A stretch of DNA of 64,000 nt, from the IMG/VR virus record IMGVR_UViG_2740892439_000009. One strand, written 5' to 3'. Shown here one piece after another: positions 10,235-19,158 of this stretch. A program made the position numbers and the translations under genes. This DNA comes from a virus. Its lineage: Duplodnaviria > Heunggongvirae > Uroviricota > Caudoviricetes. A model generated the notes under the pieces. It made no database searches, had not been told where the DNA came from, and saw nothing but the letters and a program-made list of their open reading frames with translations. Within the stretch, counting starts at the first letter, position 1, and each line of letters starts with the position of its first letter.

Positions 10235-10971
10235 ATAGCTCATACTCTAAAGATCTTAGCGAGTTTCCTCATAAAGGGGAGACTCTTGTATCTCGTTTCG
10301 GTTACATAATCAACGAAGCCTCTCTCTTCAAAATTTCTGAAATCACCATTGTTGATCCCGAAGATGATATAGTTTTGTACACCCGGATAGAACGGGTTGG
10401 TGCGCTTGATCAGGATCAGTTGATGGAGTTCATCTTGGACAAGGCTGATGACGATATTCCTGAAGAGGATATCATCAGAGAACTTCTTCGCTCCGGTATA
10501 ATCGATGAAAGCAAAAATTCTATAGTAGGCAGAATTGCCTTGCGAGAATACAGCTTCGTTGAAGATGGAAATGAGGTTGAATGCTACCAAGTGGCAGGTG
10601 TTGAGACTGTGAAAGCTATTCGTCAGAGAGGGCTGTGCCATCGCACATACCTGTTCTTGCTTCACTGGTACGAACATCTAGTTTGTGACGATATGCAGAC
10701 AATCCCTGGTGCTAAGATCTGGGCAGGGCCTCTCATGCGAACCGGCGATGTGCGTATATACAATGCCAAAACAGAAACGTTCGAGGATGTGTTAGGTGAG
10801 TACGGGATGGGGAAAGAAACCGGATTTTTGCCGTGGAACAGAGGATTGTTGCTTGATGCAGAGTTAAGCTCTTGGCTCCCAAACAAAGTGCAAGTTAACG
10901 TTCAGAAATTTATCGTACTTATCATCTCCCGCAAAACAAGAACTCCAGTAGGTTTATACCTAAAAGATTAA
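10219..10971 (+). CDS. Hypothetical protein
   Basis: Overlaps the upstream ORF by 16 nt (probable operon); followed by a strong terminator. Confidence 0.5.
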   Translation: MAPTLDSSYSKDLSEFPHKGETLVSRFGYIINEASLFKISEITIVDPEDDIVLYTRIERVGALDQDQLMEFILDKADDDIPEEDIIRELLRSGIIDESKNSIVGRIALREYSFVEDGNEVECYQVAGVETVKAIRQRGLCHRTYLFLLHWYEHLVCDDMQTIPGAKIWAGPLMRTGDVRIYNAKTETFEDVLGEYGMGKETGFLPWNRGLLLDAELSSWLPNKVQVNVQKFIVLIISRKTRTPVGLYLKD

Positions 10972-10976
10972 AAATA

Positions 10977-11002
10977 AGGCGACTTTGGTCGCCTTTTTTG
11001 TT
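10977..11002 (+). terminator. Rho-independent terminator
   Basis: GGCGAC..GTCGCC hairpin followed by TTTTTT. Confidence 0.6.
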
Positions 11003-11147
11003 AACAGCCATTGATTCTCGCCTAAAAATTCTAAGGCAGCACCTACCATTTAACCTTTACACCACAGCCGTAGGCATTTAGGCTATATCACATATAAGAA
11101 AACAAGTTGTTTCAGACGATAATTATATACGCAAAGGGAACTCTCCA

Positions 11148-11816
11148 ATGACCAAGATCTTTGTGGTTGGCGGCACAAAGGGCGGGCCTGGCAAATCCAC
11201 CGTTGCCCAGCAAATTGCCGTTTGCCTGAAAGTCAAAAAGAAGAAGAAGGTTTATATCACCGATATAGATATTCAGCGCACGACAACGAGCTGGTGTGAA
11301 GACCGTCGACAGAACGAAGACCTTGAGCTGATTCCTTTTGCATACGTTCAGGATGACATCATTAAGCACCTAAAATCGCTTCAGGGTAGAGCTGAGTTTG
11401 TAGTGGTAGATGCTGGTGGCTTCGACTCCGAAATTCAGCGACAAGCGATGCTGATGGCTGACGTTATCATTATCCCGCTGCGTCCTAAGCGTCGTGATTT
11501 GAAATCTTTACGTGACATCGATCCTATTATCGACAATGTTCGCAATGTAAACGATAAAGTGAAGGTCCGCGCGGTCATGAACCAGTGCCCGGCTTTGCCA
11601 TCACAAGTGTCTCGCATTCTGGCGGCTAAAGAGATTGTCGAGACGTTTGGCATCGAGTCTGCGCCAGTCAATCTATATAACCGCAACGTCTACGATGATG
11701 CGGAAGAGTCTGGTCGTTCTATCTTCGAAATGACCGGTAGCGAGCGCGACAAAAAGGCGGAAGCCGAGTTTGAAGAATTTGTAGATTATCTGTTGAGTCT
11801 GGAGGAAGAAGAATAA
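11148..11816 (+). CDS. parA: ParA-family partition ATPase (small, type Ib)
   Basis: Deviant Walker A GGTKGGPGKST; size about 220 aa; followed by a small RHH-like gene. Confidence 0.8.
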   Translation: MTKIFVVGGTKGGPGKSTVAQQIAVCLKVKKKKKVYITDIDIQRTTTSWCEDRRQNEDLELIPFAYVQDDIIKHLKSLQGRAEFVVVDAGGFDSEIQRQAMLMADVIIIPLRPKRRDLKSLRDIDPIIDNVRNVNDKVKVRAVMNQCPALPSQVSRILAAKEIVETFGIESAPVNLYNRNVYDDAEESGRSIFEMTGSERDKKAEAEFEEFVDYLLSLEEEE

Positions 11817-12175
11817 TGTCCATGAAAATGGGTGACCTAGCAAAGCGCAAAGAGCCTGATGCACCGGCTAAGAACACAACTCCTTTGCGCCAACCAGTCA
11901 GACCACAAGGACGCCCGACTCGTGGCAAAGAGAAAATTAAAAGCCGCACCATGTCACTGGAAGACGAATACTTCGAGCTTCTGGAAATGATGAAGTTTAT
12001 CCCTCGTTTCGAGAAGTTCACCCGCTCTGATGTGATTCGTGCTGCTATTTTCCATCTGGCAGAGAAGTCGCCGCAGGAAATCGAGGATATCGTGAAACTT
12101 AACGAGGCGATCACTGCTGCCGACGTCACGATGCGTACCGATGAAATCAAACGCGAGTTGATGAAGAAAGGTTAA
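11816..12175 (+). CDS. ParG-like ribbon-helix-helix centromere-binding protein (candidate)
   Basis: Basic disordered N-terminus and C-terminal RHH-like segment; start overlaps the parA stop; terminator hairpin GAGGTGC..GCACCTC downstream. Confidence 0.5.
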   Translation: MSMKMGDLAKRKEPDAPAKNTTPLRQPVRPQGRPTRGKEKIKSRTMSLEDEYFELLEMMKFIPRFEKFTRSDVIRAAIFHLAEKSPQEIEDIVKLNEAITAADVTMRTDEIKRELMKKG

Positions 12176-12219
12176 TTTTATTGAGGTGCTGCTTGGCACC
12201 TCTTTCTATAGGTTCCCTA

Positions 12220-12939
12220 ATGCTCTACAAATATATTGGAAGTGAAGATTCGCAAAAAGTGTTACGTAACCTCAAACGGTTTGTAGAGGACGGCACTATC
12301 TCTGCTAGCGCACCTTCTTCATTCAACGACCCATCAGAGTTCAAAGTTTCGATAACGATGGGAGGTACAGAAGTGGAGCGCCGGAAACACTTTGAAGACA
12401 ATGGATGTAAGGATTTTTCCTTTGAAGACTGGGATGCTGTAGCTCCTGAAGCTGCAAAATCGTTGGCTGTGGATTTGCGGAAAGAATCATTAGGGGCTTT
12501 TGGTGTGGTGTGCTTGTCACCAAACGAAGATAACATCTTGATGTGGTCACATTACTCAGTGTCGCATAAAGGTTTCTGCATAGGCTTTGATGATGATTTT
12601 GTTACCTCTATTGAGGGGTATCACAGCTTTGATAATGTGAAATATATACCTTCTGTTCCCGTGTTCGATGAAGTTACAGATGAGTTTAAGGTACTTTTTG
12701 ATAAGCTCTTTTTCTACAAGCACGAATGCTGGAAATATGAGGAAGAACAAAGGGTTATTACTAAAAAAATAGGCGCTCAGGCATTTGATAAGAAATATAT
12801 TAGAGAGATCATTCTTGGACATAACGTTTCTCCTGAAGTAGAAGAATATGCCCGGACACAGCTAGACACGAGCATCGAGGTTTACAAAATGAGTACACCT
12901 GATGATGGTTATCTTCTTGTCAAAGAAAAGCTGAAGTAG
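12220..12939 (+). CDS. DUF2971-like protein
   Basis: N-terminal LYKY..FNDPSEF signature as recalled for DUF2971; AT-rich relative to flanking genes. Confidence 0.4.
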   Translation: MLYKYIGSEDSQKVLRNLKRFVEDGTISASAPSSFNDPSEFKVSITMGGTEVERRKHFEDNGCKDFSFEDWDAVAPEAAKSLAVDLRKESLGAFGVVCLSPNEDNILMWSHYSVSHKGFCIGFDDDFVTSIEGYHSFDNVKYIPSVPVFDEVTDEFKVLFDKLFFYKHECWKYEEEQRVITKKIGAQAFDKKYIREIILGHNVSPEVEEYARTQLDTSIEVYKMSTPDDGYLLVKEKLK

Positions 12940-13005
12940 CTCCAGACTTTCCTCAAATGATTATGTTGGGCGCTTTTCTTATTGAACTGGTTAGTGAGGC
13001 TAATA

Positions 13006-14178
13006 ATGGATTTGTTCTCAACCAAAATAGCAAAAAACAAGCTGCACGAATCTTTTAAACAGATTTATCAAGATAATACATATGCTCCAGTAAGAGAAGT
13101 GATACAGTCGTGGGGGCGTGGGTTACTGGAGCGTAGCGGTGAGCAGACTAAATTCGTTAAAGAGTTTCAGACAACCTTCAATTCCGCCTTATGGGAATTG
13201 TATCTGAACGAAATGTTTATTCGTCTCGATTATTCTGTCGACTACACAAAAGACAGTCCCGATTTCTGTGTTACTACACCGTCAGGCTACCAGTTTAACG
13301 TCGAAGCTGTGATATCAGATCGGCCACATAATCCACCTGCAGGTGCTCTTTTTAGCGAATCAAAATTCAAACATCAATCAACGCTAAAATTAATCGGAAA
13401 AATCAAAGACAAACATGATCTTTTTACAGGAGTTAATGGCAAAAAATTCCCGTACTCTACGATGTCTCATGTAGTTAATAAGCCGTTTGTTCTGGCGCTT
13501 GCACCCTTTGACTCCGATTTATCATTGTCTCAAAATAACACAATCATCAATCGAGTGTTGTTTGGCATTGAGGAACCTACCACCAGAAATTTGGTGACTG
13601 GCAGCCAAACTAAAGTTACCTCAATCAAAAAGAATGAAGACGTTGAAATTCCATTAGGTATATTTACTAACGACTCATATAAAGAAATAAGTGCGGTTAT
13701 TTTCTCCACCACCGGCACTTTTGGAAAAGCCGTGGTTCAAAGCGGTATCGGTAGATATGTAAGGTCAACACGATATCGAGCCATTGATGTGAATGATTTC
13801 ATCGCCAATGAAGGGATGAAAAACGAGGGAAAGCACACACAAAGGATAGGACCTGATCATTTCATCACTACATATCGGCATTTTTTAAATAACGAAGTCA
13901 CTGGTGCGGATATTGTAGTTTGCCATTCCACTGCTCATGAAGAGACGCACTTTGACGGCCTTCATATTTACTACAATCCTTTTGCGACAGTGCCACTGGA
14001 CAGAAATATTTTCTTCCCCCCAGAGATAACTCATAATTTTTACGATATGGAAAAAGAACAGTCTGTTCAGAATCATCCTGATGGAGCGCTGGTATCTAGA
14101 CAGGTTTTTGAACCAACTAGAGCACATTTTAGGTATATCATGAAACATTGGTTTCCAGGCTTTCTAAAAGATGTTTAA
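13006..14178 (+). CDS. Hypothetical protein (about 390 aa) in AT-rich island
   Basis: ATG with GAGG upstream; no recognisable motifs; low GC. Confidence 0.5.
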   Translation: MDLFSTKIAKNKLHESFKQIYQDNTYAPVREVIQSWGRGLLERSGEQTKFVKEFQTTFNSALWELYLNEMFIRLDYSVDYTKDSPDFCVTTPSGYQFNVEAVISDRPHNPPAGALFSESKFKHQSTLKLIGKIKDKHDLFTGVNGKKFPYSTMSHVVNKPFVLALAPFDSDLSLSQNNTIINRVLFGIEEPTTRNLVTGSQTKVTSIKKNEDVEIPLGIFTNDSYKEISAVIFSTTGTFGKAVVQSGIGRYVRSTRYRAIDVNDFIANEGMKNEGKHTQRIGPDHFITTYRHFLNNEVTGADIVVCHSTAHEETHFDGLHIYYNPFATVPLDRNIFFPPEITHNFYDMEKEQSVQNHPDGALVSRQVFEPTRAHFRYIMKHWFPGFLKDV

Positions 14179-14195
14179 GCATCCTGCTGGTTGAA

Positions 14196-14265
14196 TTTGG
14201 AACCTGCTTCTGTATATAAATACTAAGTTACTTATTATTATTTATACGGAAGCAGGTCTTTTTCT
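14196..14265. repeat. Palindromic element CTGCTTCTGTATATAAATA..TACGGAAGCAGG (second copy near 61041-61105)
   Basis: 9-bp inverted repeat arms around an AT-rich core containing TATAAATA; followed by a T tract. Confidence 0.6.
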
Positions 14266-14366
14266 ATGCCAACTTCCCAGACACATTCCCTTCCGTTTCC
14301 ACTTCCAAAAACTGCCACCAGTCGCTATCATCCGCTCATTGCAATAAGTAAGTAACTACCTATCGG

Positions 14367-15116
14367 GTGAGCCACATGAGCCAAATCTTTTTTGATACCA
14401 TTGACAACGACCAGTACGACTTCATGACAGAGTGGAATACCGCTGTTATGGACAAGTGGGTCGCTGAAAACATTGGTTTGTCGCGCTGCAAAGACGAGGC
14501 TGAACTCTTCGAGACGAAGTGGTTTGATTACCGCGATATGCATCCTCTCATGGCCACCTGTCTGTTTACGGAGGCGTACAAACGTCAGTACTCAAATATC
14601 ATGCTGACGCACGGTCGCGAACACTTTGAAACAGCTCCGTTCACCACCGGGTTAAAACGCCTGCCTTATCAGGAGTTGTCGACTGCCAATAAAACGTCGC
14701 TATGGAAAGCACGCCAGTTTGCTGATCGCTATTGCTGTTCATACGACTACTTTATCTCCACGGTTCTTTCCGCAGCTGCACGGCGTCTGTGGGACAAGTT
14801 GCCGCGCCCACAGCATTTATGGCAGCCAGAACTGATTGAGATATTCGAAGAGAAATTATCCAGACGCGCAACAACCCGTCTGGATGACTCTCTGGTTAGC
14901 TTTAAGCATATGGGAGACATGCAGTTCAACCCGATTCAGGAAAGCTATTTTGAGTGGATTCTGGAGCGTTTGCGCATCATCCCCCGCAGCAAGCGCATAC
15001 GCGCAATTTTCTCTGCTATCTGGCTAATGGAAATCGTTCCAGAGCGCCTTATTTCCGCCCACTTTCCAGAAGAACTGGAAGAAGCACGGCGGTTTATTGA
15101 TCCCCTATCTAATTAA
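14367..15116 (+). CDS. Hypothetical protein immediately upstream of the helicase
   Basis: ORF with GTG/ATG start following an intergenic inverted-repeat motif; no recognisable motifs. Confidence 0.5.
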   Translation: MSHMSQIFFDTIDNDQYDFMTEWNTAVMDKWVAENIGLSRCKDEAELFETKWFDYRDMHPLMATCLFTEAYKRQYSNIMLTHGREHFETAPFTTGLKRLPYQELSTANKTSLWKARQFADRYCCSYDYFISTVLSAAARRLWDKLPRPQHLWQPELIEIFEEKLSRRATTRLDDSLVSFKHMGDMQFNPIQESYFEWILERLRIIPRSKRIRAIFSAIWLMEIVPERLISAHFPEELEEARRFIDPLSN

Positions 15117-15159
15117 CTAATACTAGAAAACAATTTGTTTAAAAAACAAAGGAAAGCAC

Positions 15160-16098
15160 ATGACCGAACTTTGCCATACAGGACGCGGGCTGTCCGAAGA
15201 GTTTGATGAAGATTTCCAGAACAGACTGACGGCATATTTTTGTCGTGATCACGAGTTTCTTACTCGTGCGGGAGATCTGGTTGTGCCTAGCCAATTTGCC
15301 AATGCGGCCAATGCCATATTGGTTAATATGGTTTCGGGCTATTACCGTATGTACAAGAGCGCGCCTTCTTCATCTGCGATTCTGGATATGCTTAAGCGCG
15401 CGAAACGCGATAAGACCATCCGTGAGGAACTCTTCCCGGATGTTGTTGCTGCGTTTAAGCGCATCCTTGCAGAAAAATTGTCTGATACCTCGTACATGGT
15501 TGACCAGGTATCCACATTCGCAAAAAGTGTAGCGTTTGATGATGCTCTGATTAAAGCTGCTGAACTGAAAGAGAAGGGCGACTTTCAGGGGGCGATGGCA
15601 ATCATGGCCAAGGTTCAGCAGATAGGCTCGAACGAAGCGACCGGAATCTATGACTACTACACCTCCGCAAGTGAGCGATTGAAAGCGCGTGAATATGAGG
15701 CTTCAGAGGAGTATGTGCCAAACAGCATTACAACTGGACTCCCTCTGCTTGATAGATTGCTGTACCAAAAAGGCTGGGCGAAGCGTGAAATGGTGCTCTT
15801 CATGGGGTTCGCTAAATCCGGTAAATCGACCGCAATGGGTGAGTTTTCCATAAACGCAACACTTGCTGGCTACAATGTTCTGTATCTCTCGCTGGAGGTT
15901 CACACCACCATTTTATCCGACCGTTTTGATGCAAGATTGTCGGAGACAGAAATGTCCAGGCTGGTGGAACGGCGCGATGAGGTTCATCGTAAGTTGGCAG
16001 AGTTGGGAGCACGAAGGGGATTGGTAGTTTGTGGGTGGTTGAGCGTCCGTCAGGAAGTATGTCACCGGCAGATCTGGACCGTATGCTTAACAGCATGA
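15160..16098 (+). CDS. DnaB-like replicative helicase, N-terminal segment with Walker A (frame lost near 16020)
   Basis: ITTGLPLLDRLL..GFAKSGKST resembles the DnaB Walker A region; conserved start context AAAGGAAAGCACATG. Confidence 0.75.
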   Translation: MTELCHTGRGLSEEFDEDFQNRLTAYFCRDHEFLTRAGDLVVPSQFANAANAILVNMVSGYYRMYKSAPSSSAILDMLKRAKRDKTIREELFPDVVAAFKRILAEKLSDTSYMVDQVSTFAKSVAFDDALIKAAELKEKGDFQGAMAIMAKVQQIGSNEATGIYDYYTSASERLKAREYEASEEYVPNSITTGLPLLDRLLYQKGWAKREMVLFMGFAKSGKSTAMGEFSINATLAGYNVLYLSLEVHTTILSDRFDARLSETEMSRLVERRDEVHRKLAELGARRGLVVCGWLSVRQEVCHRQIWTVCLTA

Positions 16099-16499
16099 AA
16101 GCCAACGGCATGGTGCCTGATATGGTTGTTGTCGACTACGCAGATTTGATGCGTGCCAGTTATGACCTTCGTGATGATCGCGCCAACATTCGTAGTATCT
16201 ACACCGATTTACGTGCTCTTTATGACAAACATAACGTTGCTGGAATCACGGCATCGCAGACAAACCGTGAAGGTGGCGCGTCAGAAGTTGCCACAATGAT
16301 GCACGCCGCCGACAACATCGAAAAAGTACGTATTGCTGACCTGGTAATAACGATCAACAAAACCGAAGAAGAAGAAGCGAAAGGAGAGGCTCGTCTCTAC
16401 TTTGCTGGTTCACGTAACCAGCAGGGAGGGATCAGCATTCGTGTTAAACAAAACCTCGAACAAATGCGCTTCATTGAGCGAATCTTAGACGTTACCTAA
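16029..16499 (+). CDS. DnaB-like helicase C-terminal segment (-1 frame)
   Basis: DMVVVDYADLM and QTNREGG motifs typical of the DnaB C-terminal RecA-like domain. Confidence 0.7.
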   Translation: MWVVERPSGSMSPADLDRMLNSMKANGMVPDMVVVDYADLMRASYDLRDDRANIRSIYTDLRALYDKHNVAGITASQTNREGGASEVATMMHAADNIEKVRIADLVITINKTEEEEAKGEARLYFAGSRNQQGGISIRVKQNLEQMRFIERILDVT

Positions 16500-16504
16500 A
16501 AAAT

Positions 16505-16530
16505 AAGCGTGGAGAACACCTCCACGCTTG
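16505..16530 (+). terminator. Terminator hairpin after the helicase
   Basis: Perfect 9-bp inverted repeat AGCGTGGAG..CTCCACGCT with a 5-nt loop. Confidence 0.5.
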
Positions 16531-16577
16531 ATTCATTGGTGAAACAACTTTTCTTTTGCCAAACCACAAAAGAAAAA

Positions 16578-17762
16578 CACATGAACCTTTATATTATATC
16601 AACATTTAGGTTGGTCACAATATTGCCTGTTAAAAGTGGAATTATCGTGAGCGAGCTGAAAGAGCTAATTGCCGAATTAGATTTTGAACAATGGTTGGAT
16701 ACTGAAGGTATCGTTTATCGACGTGGAGGCGTGAGTGCTCGCGGTCGTGAAGTGAATATCAAAGAGTGTCCGGTATGCGGCAGCTCCAACTGGAAGGTAT
16801 ATTTCAATCTGACCAGTGGCGTCGGCAAATGCTTCGCTGGTGATCATCCCGAAGAGATTCAGTTCAATAAGCTGGTCTTCCTCAAGCACTACAGCAGTAA
16901 ATCACGACGACAGTTCGAGGAATATGTGCAGAACGCTCTTCTTTCCCAGGGGTGGGCACCAAAGAAAGAAGAGCTAGTGCTTGCAAGCACAGTCGAGTTA
17001 GAGGGGCCAGTTGCACTCCCTCGTCATTACGAACTTCCTATAGATGGCCGTCTTCCAGACTATCTGGTTGAACGAAACATATCACCTGAAATGGCAAAGT
17101 ATTTTGACCTACGATACTGCGTCGAAGGCAAGCACGCTTATGTAGATCCGTATACAGATCAGGTTAAAGGACAGATATTCGATATGCGAATACTGATACC
17201 GATTTACGATCTGGATGGGGTAATGAAGACATTTCAGGGACGAGACATTACCGGTACAGCAGAACGCCGCTACCTCTTTCCTATGCAGCTTCCAGCTTCA
17301 GGTAAATTTCTCTACAACGGCCATAATGCAGTCGGCAAACAGACTGTAGTTGTCTGTGAGGGTGCGTTCGATGTTATGGGGGTCAAACGAGCTATTTTCG
17401 ACGAAGAAACATTACGTGATTACGTGGAGCCAATAGGAACGTTCGGGATGCATCTATCTGGCAACACCACTCAGGATGCAGAAGATCAGTTGGGCGCGTT
17501 CCTGACGCTCAAGGCGCGTGGATTACGTAATGTGATCATGATGTGGGATAGTGAAAAGCAAGCTATACGCAACACTATGGCCGCAGCCAGGCGACTGACC
17601 AGTATCGGTCTTAATGTCAAAGTTGCGTGTTTGGGCGAGGAAGGACTCGACCCGGGCGGTGCAACGCCAGAACAAATTATCAAAGCCTATTATCGGGCAA
17701 AACCGTATACCAAACAGTTGGAGTTGCAAAGCAAGGTTTTGGGCATTAAGGCTCTATCGTAA
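16578..17762 (+). CDS. DnaG-like DNA primase (zinc-binding and TOPRIM domains)
   Basis: CPVCGSS..KCFAGDH zinc motif; TOPRIM-like VVVCEGAFDVMGV and MMWDSEKQ; conserved start context AAAGAAAAACACATG. Confidence 0.7.
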   Translation, partial: HMNLYIISTFRLVTILPVKSGIIVSELKELIAELDFEQWLDTEGIVYRRGGVSARGREVNIKECPVCGSSNWKVYFNLTSGVGKCFAGDHPEEIQFNKLVFLKHYSSKSRRQFEEYVQNALLSQGWAPKKEELVLASTVELEGPVALPRHYELPIDGRLPDYLVERNISPEMAKYFDLRYCVEGKHAYVDPYTDQVKGQIFDMRILIPIYDLDGVMKTFQGRDITGTAERRYLFPMQLPASGKFLYNGHNAVGKQTVVVCEGAFDVMGVKRAIFDEETLRDYVEPIGTFGMHLSGNTTQDAEDQLGAFLTLKARGLRNVIMMWDSEKQAIRNTMAAARRLTSIGLNVKVACLGEEGLDPGGATPEQIIKAYYRAKPYTKQLELQSKVLGIKALS

Positions 17763-17837
17763 CAAGTGCCGCCAAAATAAGTAGATGATTACTTATCTTT
17801 CTGTAAGAATACTTTCATCTGTTAGCTAGGAGTTGGT

Positions 17838-18620
17838 ATGAAAGACGAAATTCAGAAATTAGCCTGCGACATCATTGATAAAACTGGTTTAGAAATCAGC
17901 GAGAGCAATCGGCTAGACATCATTGAAAAAGCCGTAAAAACAGCAATGGATCATATCGCCACTCGTTTGGTCGAGATCCCGCTACCGGGGCTACCTTATC
18001 TGAAGGTTAAGTTACACGTATGGGGTGAACCTTCTTGTGCACGGCGTTCTGCATTAGTTGTTTTTATTAGCAAAGAAAACCCGATCAGTCTTAAAGTGCA
18101 GGTTGGGGCATGGATGGATGGCAAAGTGATCTACACAAATACCGTTTTTTGTGCGTCAAATGACAGTATTATTGAAGAGGCTATTCAAGAATCACTTCTA
18201 ACTATGCATAGCTTAGTTTTGCTGGAAGACAAGCAAAACTACGAAGAGTACTTACGGTCGATAAAAGGTGAGAGAACATTGTCACTTAAAGCAGATTTCG
18301 TTACCCCGACAAACCTGTTGGAAGTCTTGCTTAATAAAGGGGCTAATGATGCCGTAAATGTAATCAGAGAGAGTGAGTATGCGTCTCTTTGCGACATGTG
18401 CAAAAGCCAGTTGGATCTGGTGCATATCGTTATTGATGCTGGGAAGGCATGTGATGGCGTAATGGCGGAATTTGCTGGGAAGGTGGTCAGGATTGCTAAC
18501 GAATTACCGATGATAGAGCAAGAGGCTAAATCATACGCCACCAATCATGTCACAGAGCTTCTTGCCCCCTATCGCTTAGAAAGCAATCAGCGCAAGATGA
18601 TTAGCTGGGGAAGTTGGTAA
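17838..18620 (+). CDS. Hypothetical protein
   Basis: ORF with AGGAG upstream; no recognisable motifs. Confidence 0.5.
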   Translation: MKDEIQKLACDIIDKTGLEISESNRLDIIEKAVKTAMDHIATRLVEIPLPGLPYLKVKLHVWGEPSCARRSALVVFISKENPISLKVQVGAWMDGKVIYTNTVFCASNDSIIEEAIQESLLTMHSLVLLEDKQNYEEYLRSIKGERTLSLKADFVTPTNLLEVLLNKGANDAVNVIRESEYASLCDMCKSQLDLVHIVIDAGKACDGVMAEFAGKVVRIANELPMIEQEAKSYATNHVTELLAPYRLESNQRKMISWGSW

Positions 18621-18675
18621 TCTCTCAGTGTGTCGTTTTTTACGCAAAGAATGATAGGTAAGTACAAGATTATTT

Positions 18676-19158
18676 GTGGCGGTGGTTGTGAAAGCTGATT
18701 TGTCAAAAATCCCCTCTATTTCAGGAAATAATGGTTATTCACTTCGTTGTGAGGAAGTAAAGATAAACGGTGAGTCGGCATATTGCAGCTATTCCGTTTG
18801 CCAGCACACCATTCTTGCCTTCAAAGAAAACCGTCTTCCTCGAACTTCATTCCAGTCGTGCGCAACCGCTATCAAAGCAGGCAAATGCAAGGCGTTAAAA
18901 ATGATGGTTGAAGAGATTCGTAAAGGAGAATCTCTGTATTTCGAAGATATGACCGCACTCATTAAGGAGGTTGAAGAACGGAATAAACAAGCCAGAACTA
19001 TAAAACGAAAACGTGACAGTGTAACGATTAATAGCATGGTTAAGAAGAGCGCCATATCACAAACAGCGATCACTGACGTGTATGCGGCGTTGCTTGAAGA
19101 AACAACAAAAAAAACACATGAGCAAATCGATCAACATATGGAGGCAAAACAACAATGA
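18676..19158 (+). CDS. Hypothetical protein
   Basis: ORF from the track; start uncertain. Confidence 0.4.
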   Translation: MAVVVKADLSKIPSISGNNGYSLRCEEVKINGESAYCSYSVCQHTILAFKENRLPRTSFQSCATAIKAGKCKALKMMVEEIRKGESLYFEDMTALIKEVEERNKQARTIKRKRDSVTINSMVKKSAISQTAITDVYAALLEETTKKTHEQIDQHMEAKQQ

